The notes beneath the pieces are model-generated. The model was not told where the DNA came from and did no database searches. It saw only the letters and a list, made by a program, of their open reading frames with translations. This document shows positions 57,167 to 64,000 of a stretch of 64,000 nt of DNA, piece by piece (the stretch's first letter is position 1; the number at the start of each line of letters is the position of its first letter). Both the position numbers and the translations under genes were made by a program. Origin of the DNA: Candidatus Microgenomatus sp. (GTDB lineage Bacteria > Patescibacteriota > Microgenomatia > UBA8517); contig DYGS01000001.1 in assembly GCA_020724585.1 (NCBI GenBank), forward strand, positions 219,139 to 283,138, given 5' to 3'.

Positions 57167-57813
57167 AAAAATCGAAAGCACTACTACTGCATGAACATGT
57201 TCCTGCCAATTGGTACCATGAATCTTTAAAAGTAGATTTATTGCAAAGGATTTGGCACGCGACAAGATTTAAGGCGGTCCAAAGATTTGCCTTGAAAGCG
57301 GATAAAGTTTTAGATATTGGGTGTGCTGACGGACTTTTTACAAGAGTTATTTTAAAAACCACCCAAGCCAAGAGAATCATCGGGATTGATGTTGTTAAGA
57401 CTTCTATTAAATGGGCAAAAAAACATTATGCCAAAAATTCCAAAATGAAGTTTATGGTTGGAGACGGACATAATTTAAAATTTAAAAGCGAAAGTTTTGA
57501 TGCGGTTTTTATAATGGAGGTATTAGAGCATGTCGAAAATCCTTTAAAAGTTCTTCTGGAGGTTAAACGAGTGCTTAAAAGGAAAGGCTATGGGATTTTT
57601 TTAGTGCCGTCTGACAATTGGTTATTTAAAATTGTTTGGTGGCTTTGGCTTAATTTTTACCCAAGAGGCTGGGTTTGGAAAGACACACATATACAGACTT
57701 ATAACGGCAATTTTTTGCCAAAACTTTGTAAAAAAGCGGGATTTGTTGTCGAAATTGATTACAAATTCAATTTGGGAATGTTGAATTTGGTAAGAGTAAG
57801 GAAAAAATCATGA
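57163..57813 (+). CDS. Class I SAM-dependent methyltransferase
   Basis: 'VLDIGCADG', 'GIDV', 'FDAVFIMEVLEHV', 'RVLKRKG'. Confidence 0.9.
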   Translation: MKKSKALLLHEHVPANWYHESLKVDLLQRIWHATRFKAVQRFALKADKVLDIGCADGLFTRVILKTTQAKRIIGIDVVKTSIKWAKKHYAKNSKMKFMVGDGHNLKFKSESFDAVFIMEVLEHVENPLKVLLEVKRVLKRKGYGIFLVPSDNWLFKIVWWLWLNFYPRGWVWKDTHIQTYNGNFLPKLCKKAGFVVEIDYKFNLGMLNLVRVRKKS

Positions 57814-58706
57814 AACTTTCAATTGTAATCCCAAATTATAACGGTAGACAGTTATTGGAGAGCAATTTTTCAAAAGTTATCTCCTTTGTAAAAAATCTAA
57901 AACCTGGCGATGCTGAAATAATCATAGTCGATGACTGTTCAAGAGATGATAGTATTTCATTTTTACAGCAGAATTATCAAAAAGAGATAAGACTCATAAA
58001 ACACACCCAAAATAGAGGTTTTTCGTCTGCTGTTAACACTGGAGTCAGAGCAGCAAATGGTGAATTTATATTTTTACTAAATAATGATGCGTATCCTAAA
58101 AATAATTTTTTTTATAATATTTTAGATCTTTTTGAAGACAAAAAAGTTTTTGCAATTTCTTTAAATGAAGAGAATGGATTTGGTCCTGCTAGTGCAAAAT
58201 TTGAGAATGGATTCGTTGAGCTTGTAAACAGAAAGCCGGTAAAAGGCATTGAAAAAAGCTTTTTTGTTAGCGGCGGTAGCGGAATATTTAGGAAGAGTAT
58301 ATGGAAAGAACTTGGGGGCCTGGATGAAAAACTATTCTCCCCGTATTATTGGGAAGATTTAGATATTTGCTACCGGGCAATGAAGAGGGGATATGTAAAT
58401 CTTTGGGATCCAAATTCAAAAGTTGTTCATAATCATGAATCAACAATTTCAAAGCTAAACAGAAACAAAGTTAATTTAATTCGCGAAAGAAATCAGATTT
58501 TATTTATCTGGAAAAATATATCAAGCAGTAGCTACATCAAAAAACATATAGGCGGTGTTTTTTCAAGAATTTCTGCCCACCCTGGATATTTAAAGGTCTT
58601 GGTTCTTGCAATAGTTAAGGTATTAGCTGTTTTAAAATTAAGGAGAAAAGAGATGAAAGAAACAACTGTAAGCGACGAAGCAATCTTTGCAATGTTTAAA
58701 AGTTGA
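57810..58706 (+). CDS. GT2 glycosyltransferase
   Basis: 'SIVIPNYNG', 'VDDCSRD', 'NRGFSSAVN', 'LLNND', 'YWEDLD'. Confidence 0.9.
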   Translation: MKLSIVIPNYNGRQLLESNFSKVISFVKNLKPGDAEIIIVDDCSRDDSISFLQQNYQKEIRLIKHTQNRGFSSAVNTGVRAANGEFIFLLNNDAYPKNNFFYNILDLFEDKKVFAISLNEENGFGPASAKFENGFVELVNRKPVKGIEKSFFVSGGSGIFRKSIWKELGGLDEKLFSPYYWEDLDICYRAMKRGYVNLWDPNSKVVHNHESTISKLNRNKVNLIRERNQILFIWKNISSSSYIKKHIGGVFSRISAHPGYLKVLVLAIVKVLAVLKLRRKEMKETTVSDEAIFAMFKS

Positions 58707-59551
58707 CTAATATGGAAATTTCTATTGTTATTTCAAGTTATAACACTAAAGATATCACCTTAAAATGTATTGACTCGATTTATAAAAGTGGTTTGAAAAA
58801 GGGAAATTTTGAGCTAATAGTTATTGACGATGCATCAAACGATGGGTCATATGAGTCTATTTTGACTCTCAAGAAGAACTCAATTTTTAAAAAAAATCTT
58901 AGAGTTTTTCAAAACAAAAGGAATTTGGGTTATGTTAGGACTAATAATCGCGGTATAAGACTCGCGCGAGGTAAATTTGTACTGCTGTTAAATAGCGACA
59001 CGCAGGTTAAATATAGAGCCATTGATAAATTAATTGATTTTGCAAAAAAAACTCCTGACTCTGGGGTGGTTGGCGCTCGACTTTTGAATAAGGATGGAAG
59101 TGTCCAAGCCTCATGCTATCATTTTCCAACGATCAAGCGAGCTCTTCTTGAATTTTGGTTTGGCAGAAAAGGTTTTTTTGAAAAATATTATCCATCAGGG
59201 CTTATTCCCATTCAGGTAGAAGCACTTGTGGGAGCTGTTTTTTTAATTACACCTAAAGCTCTAAAAGAAGTCGGCTATTTGGATGAGAAATTTGTATCCT
59301 ATTATGAAGATCTTGATTATTGCAGACGGGTTTGGAAGAGCGGCTTAAAAGTTTATTATCTGCCGGAGTCAGAAGTTATTCATTTGCACGGAGAGTCATT
59401 TAAAAAACTTGCTGATTATAAAAATCAATGGAAGAAGTTAATTCCCGGAAGCATCGCATTTAATGGTTTATTTAAACATCTCTTGATAAATGCTATTATC
59501 TATACAGGCCAAAAATGGCAAAAATTCATGTCTGGGTTAAAGAAAATTTAA
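58703..59551 (+). CDS. GT2 (WbbL-like rhamnosyltransferase family)
   Basis: 'IDDASND', 'NLGY', 'LLNSD', 'YYEDLDYC'. Confidence 0.9.
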   Translation: MTNMEISIVISSYNTKDITLKCIDSIYKSGLKKGNFELIVIDDASNDGSYESILTLKKNSIFKKNLRVFQNKRNLGYVRTNNRGIRLARGKFVLLLNSDTQVKYRAIDKLIDFAKKTPDSGVVGARLLNKDGSVQASCYHFPTIKRALLEFWFGRKGFFEKYYPSGLIPIQVEALVGAVFLITPKALKEVGYLDEKFVSYYEDLDYCRRVWKSGLKVYYLPESEVIHLHGESFKKLADYKNQWKKLIPGSIAFNGLFKHLLINAIIYTGQKWQKFMSGLKKI

Positions 59552-61248
59552 AGACGATATATAACTATTTAAATAATATTGTCATTTTGATTATTCTAAT
59601 CATTTTGTTTACAGCCCCCACATATTTGGGTTTATTCCGTGATGGATATTTTTTTATGCAGGATGACCTGCAGGCTTTTAGAGTCCAGCAGATGGATAAA
59701 TGCTTTAATGATTTTCAAATTCCTTGTCGATGGATACCTGATGGCGGTTATGGTTATGGTTATCCTCAGTTTAATTATTACCCTCCATTTCCGTATTATT
59801 TAGGAGTTTTATTTGCGAAACTTGGCATGCAATACATAGATTCGGTGAAACTTCTTTTTATTCTCGGATATGTCCTATCTGCAATTTCCTTTTTTATTTT
59901 GGTGAAAGAACTTTTGGGGAAATTTCCTGCATTTATTTCAGCTCTTTTATATACATATATTCCATACAAAGCGGTTGAAGTTTATGTTCGAGGTGCCTTG
60001 AGTGAATTTTGGGCTCAGATATTTTTTCCGCTAATTTTACTTTTTATATATAAGTTAATTAAAACAAGAGAAGGTAAATTTATTTTATATCTTGGAGTTT
60101 CAATAGCTCTATTGGCAACAACGCATACATTAATGACGATTATTTTTGCTCCGTTTGCAATTTTTTGGGCAGTTTATTGGTTGCTGGAATCTAAATTTAC
60201 AAAAGACGATCTTTTAAATTTATTGTATAGCGGCTTTTTGGCTTTTGGTCTCTCTGCCTACTTTATGCTTCCGGTGGCTTTTGAAAGAAGTTTAGTTCAT
60301 ATTGAATCAATGCTTTCGGGGTATTTTGACTACAGAGCACACTTTGTATCACTTTACAAATTGCTTTTATCAACAGAATGGGGATACGGTTCATCAGGTT
60401 TTCCCGATGAAAAACTTAATTTGTCTATTGGCATAATTCAGTGGATTGTCGGTCTTGGAGCAATTATCTTAGCCTTTTTTAATCGGAAAAAATATAAAAG
60501 CGAGGCTGTTTTAACATTTTTAATTTTTATTTTTGCATTATTAACTTTGTTTATGATGCATTTAAAATCCAGCTTTATCTGGTCATTATTACCCTTTTTG
60601 TGGTATATGCAATTTCCTTGGAGGTTCTTGGCACTGTCAATATTTTTAATTTGTCTGCTTTCTGCATATTTTTTAAATTTTATTTCAGGGAACAAAAGGT
60701 ATGTAATTGGAATAATTATTGTTATTATTGCGTTTTTAACGACTAGAAATTATTTTGTACCGAAAGAATGGTATTACGGCATTACCGACAGGGATAAATT
60801 TAGCGGCAAATCATGGCAAAAACAGATGACAATTAGTATTTTTGATTATCTTCCCAAAACTGCGGTGCTCCCTCCAATAAATGAAGCGCCAGATTTACCC
60901 GAAGTTCTTGAGGGAGTTGTTAATTTTGCTTCTTATGAAAAAGGTAGTAATTTCCAGAAGGGTAAAATAGTTGTAGAGAAAGATGCGACTATTAGGCTTC
61001 CTATTATTGATTTTGCTGGGATGAAACTTTATGTTAATGGAAAAGAGTATGACTATATAAACAATGATTGCCGTGGACAGGAATTCTGTTATGGTCTTGT
61101 GACTTTTAGACTTCCAAGAGGAGAACATGATATTTTAGTGAAGCTGGGAGATACGCCGGTTAGAAAAATTGGTAATATTATCTCGTTATTGTCATTATTT
61201 ATCTTATTTACATATGTTTACAAATTTTTTTCAAAGGATAAGAAATAA
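59515..61248 (+). CDS. GT-C membrane protein (YfhO/PTPS-related type)
   Basis: 'QDDLQAFR', 'IPCRW', 'GYGYPQFNYYPP', 'PYKAVEVYVRGALSE', 'QFPWRFL'. Confidence 0.82.
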   Translation: MAKIHVWVKENLKTIYNYLNNIVILIILIILFTAPTYLGLFRDGYFFMQDDLQAFRVQQMDKCFNDFQIPCRWIPDGGYGYGYPQFNYYPPFPYYLGVLFAKLGMQYIDSVKLLFILGYVLSAISFFILVKELLGKFPAFISALLYTYIPYKAVEVYVRGALSEFWAQIFFPLILLFIYKLIKTREGKFILYLGVSIALLATTHTLMTIIFAPFAIFWAVYWLLESKFTKDDLLNLLYSGFLAFGLSAYFMLPVAFERSLVHIESMLSGYFDYRAHFVSLYKLLLSTEWGYGSSGFPDEKLNLSIGIIQWIVGLGAIILAFFNRKKYKSEAVLTFLIFIFALLTLFMMHLKSSFIWSLLPFLWYMQFPWRFLALSIFLICLLSAYFLNFISGNKRYVIGIIIVIIAFLTTRNYFVPKEWYYGITDRDKFSGKSWQKQMTISIFDYLPKTAVLPPINEAPDLPEVLEGVVNFASYEKGSNFQKGKIVVEKDATIRLPIIDFAGMKLYVNGKEYDYINNDCRGQEFCYGLVTFRLPRGEHDILVKLGDTPVRKIGNIISLLSLFILFTYVYKFFSKDKK

Positions 61249-62875
61249 TTTACATATCGTTATTTTTACAATGATGATATTGTTTGTATCTTTGCCGTTA
61301 TTTAAGTATGGTTATTTTTCTCATCAAGATGATTTGCATATTATAAGACTTTATGAAATGAGGCAGTGTATAGAATCCATGCAAATTCCTTGTAGATGGG
61401 TTTCGAATATGGGTTATGGCAATGGTTTCCCAATGTTTAATTATTATGCACCATCGATTTATTATCTGGGGGTTATCTTAACATATATAGTTGGATATAT
61501 AAACACTGCTAAGGTTATATTTTTCTTAAGCCTTAGTCTTGGAAGTTTTGGCATTTACTTATTTGTAAAACATGTTTTTGATAAACAAAGTGCCTTTATC
61601 TCTAGTGTTTTATATTTACTTGCGCCCTATAAAGCACTTGATATTTATGTGAGAGGCGCGCTATCTGAAGCATTTTCGTTGGCTATTATTCCCTTTGTTT
61701 TTTACTTTCTAACTAAAATAATTGATGGACCTATTAAAAAGAAAGACTTTTTACTTTTTACTTTATCTTTATTTTTATTTCTAATAACCCATAACATAAT
61801 GATTTTGGTTTTCGCCCCAGTTCTTTTAGTTTGGGCGCTTTTAAGACTTTATTTAAATAATTTCTCTAATTTAAAATTAGTTATTCTTGGAGGATTTATT
61901 TCATTTTTGCTTTCATCATTCTTTTTATTACCTGCATATTTTGAGAAAGATTTGATTCAAACAGATAGTTTGACAAGATTTGAACTTGATTTTAGAGCTA
62001 ATTTTGTTTCCCTTTACAAGATATTTATAGATAGAAGCTGGGGATATGGCACTTCAATTCCTGGTCCATTGGGCGGGATGTCATTTCAAGTTGGTATTTT
62101 CCATTGGATTTTATCTTTTATATCGATACTAATTCTATTTAAAAAGAATGTTTCAAAAGGTTTAAAAATGATAGTATCTTTATTTGTTATCTTTTTTGTG
62201 ACCTCTGTCTTTATGATGCATGTTAGATCTTCATTTGTTTGGGAAAGTATAAAGATTTTATCTTATTTCCAATTCCCATGGAGATTTTTATCACTTTCGA
62301 TATTCACATCATCTGTCCTTGGCGGTTTAGTTTTATATTTAGTTAAAGATAAATACAAAAATATTTTGATAATAGCTATAACTCTTTTAACCTTTATCTT
62401 AAATTATTCATATTTTAAGCCTCTAGAACAAATTAAAATAAATGACGAACAAAAATTGTCTGGCCAAAGTTATGAAATACAAATTAAAGGGTCGCTTTTA
62501 GATTATTTGCCCAAGACCGCGCTTGAGCCAAGAGAAAAAGCACTTAGTATGCCTTTGATTACAAGAGGCAGCGCGATTATTGAATCTTTTGAAAAGAAAT
62601 CAGATAAATTTAATGGCAGTATAAATGTTTTAGAAGATCAAACTGTTTTAGAATTTCCGATATTCTATTTTCCTAATTGGCAAGTTTTTGTTAATGGAAA
62701 GAAAAGCGATATAAGCTATGATAATTATATTGGTCGAATTGCAATTAGACTTGACAAAGGGGAGTATCAAATAGCTGGCAAGTTAAAAAATACTCCTATC
62801 AGAACTGTTTCAAACACACTCACAGCAGTAGGTTTTTTTTCGCTGTTGATAGTTATTAAAAAATGGAAAAAATAA
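61214..62875 (+). CDS. GT-C membrane protein (YfhO/PTPS-related type), tandem paralog
   Basis: 'QDDLHIIR', 'IPCRW', 'FNYYAP', 'PYKALDIYVRGALSE', 'QFPWRFL'. Confidence 0.82.
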   Translation: MFTNFFQRIRNNLHIVIFTMMILFVSLPLFKYGYFSHQDDLHIIRLYEMRQCIESMQIPCRWVSNMGYGNGFPMFNYYAPSIYYLGVILTYIVGYINTAKVIFFLSLSLGSFGIYLFVKHVFDKQSAFISSVLYLLAPYKALDIYVRGALSEAFSLAIIPFVFYFLTKIIDGPIKKKDFLLFTLSLFLFLITHNIMILVFAPVLLVWALLRLYLNNFSNLKLVILGGFISFLLSSFFLLPAYFEKDLIQTDSLTRFELDFRANFVSLYKIFIDRSWGYGTSIPGPLGGMSFQVGIFHWILSFISILILFKKNVSKGLKMIVSLFVIFFVTSVFMMHVRSSFVWESIKILSYFQFPWRFLSLSIFTSSVLGGLVLYLVKDKYKNILIIAITLLTFILNYSYFKPLEQIKINDEQKLSGQSYEIQIKGSLLDYLPKTALEPREKALSMPLITRGSAIIESFEKKSDKFNGSINVLEDQTVLEFPIFYFPNWQVFVNGKKSDISYDNYIGRIAIRLDKGEYQIAGKLKNTPIRTVSNTLTAVGFFSLLIVIKKWKK

Positions 62876-64000
62876 ACATTTTTTTTAAAAAATACATAAT
62901 TTTTTTGGTTATTTTATTTTCTATTCCAGCCGTTAGGTACTTTTTTGTTCCTGGTTTTTTTGGAGTTTCAGATGATTTGCATGTTGCTTGGCTGCATCAG
63001 ATGGTCAAAACGCTAGAGATGCTGCAAATTCCACCCCGATTTGTTCCAAACTTAAGTTTTAATTTTGGCTATCCGCTTTTTAATTTCGTCTACCCACTGC
63101 CCTTTTATATCGCAAGTATTTTTAGTTTTCTCGGATTTAGTTTAGTTGATAGCATTAAACTTGTTTTCGGTCTTTCCATACCTTTTTCAATCTATGCAAT
63201 GTATTTACTTCTTAATAGATTTGTTAATTCTTATCTATCATTATTGGGAGGACTAATTTATGTTTATGCCCCGTATAGGGCTTTGGAAATATTTGTTAGG
63301 GGAACAATTGGGGAAATTGTTGCTTTTGCCATTTTTCCTCTAATTATATTAACAACTCTAAAGATATTTGATAATCCAAAAGATAATAAAAACACAGCCT
63401 TTAATGGTTTGTTTATTGGTCTTCTGATACTATCCCACAACATCATGTCTTATATGTTTGCCCCATTTTTGATAGTTTTGATACTAATAAAACTTTTTGA
63501 AAATAAGTCTAAAGAATTAAAAAGTTATATTCTTTCAATTTTTAAATTTTTTATATTAGGTCTATCCTTATCATCTTATTTTTGGCTGCCGGCAATTGTT
63601 GAAAGCAAGCTAATGAAGTATGACACTGTTTTTAATTTTTATGACCATTATCCGACGCTTAAACAGTTTATAACACCTTATTGGGGCTATGGAGCCTCAG
63701 TTCCCGGGCCATATGACACCATGTCATTTTATTTGGGTTTTTTTCAAATTGCACTATTTTTAGTATCTACAGTTTATTTTCTTCTAAAGTTTAAAAAAAT
63801 AGATAGGGAAGTTAAAACCGTCTTCCTATGGTCATTAACTGTCGTCTTTATGTCAATCTTCATGATGAATCATAGATCAAGTTTTTTGTGGGAAAACCTA
63901 CCTCTTATTGGTTATTTCCAATTTCCATGGAGATTTATTGCTATGCTTGTCTTGTTTATACCACTTTTAATAGTCTTATTTAAAAATTTGTCTATCAAAA
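62863..64000 (+). CDS. GT-C membrane protein (YfhO/PTPS-related type), 3'-truncated by the window edge; absent from the ORF track
   Basis: ATG at 62863 (MEKINIFF...), 'SDDLHVAW', 'GYPLFNF', 'YAPYRALEIFVRGTIGE', 'QFPWRF'. Confidence 0.82.
   Translation, partial: MEKINIFFKKYIIFLVILFSIPAVRYFFVPGFFGVSDDLHVAWLHQMVKTLEMLQIPPRFVPNLSFNFGYPLFNFVYPLPFYIASIFSFLGFSLVDSIKLVFGLSIPFSIYAMYLLLNRFVNSYLSLLGGLIYVYAPYRALEIFVRGTIGEIVAFAIFPLIILTTLKIFDNPKDNKNTAFNGLFIGLLILSHNIMSYMFAPFLIVLILIKLFENKSKELKSYILSIFKFFILGLSLSSYFWLPAIVESKLMKYDTVFNFYDHYPTLKQFITPYWGYGASVPGPYDTMSFYLGFFQIALFLVSTVYFLLKFKKIDREVKTVFLWSLTVVFMSIFMMNHRSSFLWENLPLIGYFQFPWRFIAMLVLFIPLLIVLFKNLSIK

Noticed and set aside
62120-62130. ATATCGATACT, resembling a half-site of the 28-bp palindrome
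   Set aside because: Only one imperfect arm, with no partner arm or core; plausible by chance.
1-64000. CRISPR array
   Set aside because: No series of constant repeats with unique spacers. The 28-bp repeat has only two copies 523 bp apart, and no cas genes are present.
1-64000. Alternative genetic code (UGA=Gly as in Gracilibacteria/Absconditabacteria)
   Set aside because: Conserved genes are full length under code 11, several end properly at TGA (lysS, serS, tgt, rmlB), and RF2 is present.
59515-64000. Pterin or queuosine biosynthesis implied by the 'PTPS-related' family name together with tgt
   Set aside because: These are polytopic membrane proteins with GT-C-like acidic first loops, not soluble T-fold QueD enzymes.

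Overview
AT-rich, gene-dense chromosomal window using genetic code 11. It is most consistent with a Patescibacteria/CPR bacterium (Microgenomates-like); this is inferred from gene content, PT-rich membrane-anchored proteins and near-absent Shine-Dalgarno sites. 1-20 kb holds housekeeping genes (lon, tRNA-Glu, greA, lysS, serS, secA, FKBP, tgt, prfB, ftsEX plus an M23 hydrolase). 20-30 kb is a cell-surface block (VanZ, metalloprotease-like protein, sortase, 1537-aa LPATG adhesin, CAP protein). 30-64 kb is a very large glycosylation locus (rmlABCD, three polyprenol-P-sugar synthase-like GT2s, about ten GT-C domains, a flippase, GT2/GT4 enzymes, a methyltransferase), interrupted by trmD, HTH-NUDIX genes, two DHH genes and a Bro-N gene. 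The most notable unannotated structures are: (1) a 523-bp TrpR/YerC-like gene cassette between two direct-repeat 11-6-11 palindromes, whose excision would rebuild a signal peptide for the next gene; (2) a leader-peptide 1:2/2:3/3:4 attenuator before greA; (3) a circularly permuted M23 domain after ftsEX; (4) a 99-bp IS200/IS605-like miniature element translated in frame inside a GT-C fusion; (5) many short 7-bp-period arrays inside genes; (6) palindromic bidirectional -10 promoters driving leaderless genes. No CRISPR array, rRNA, transposase or integrase was seen. All functional calls come from motif recognition by eye, not database searches.
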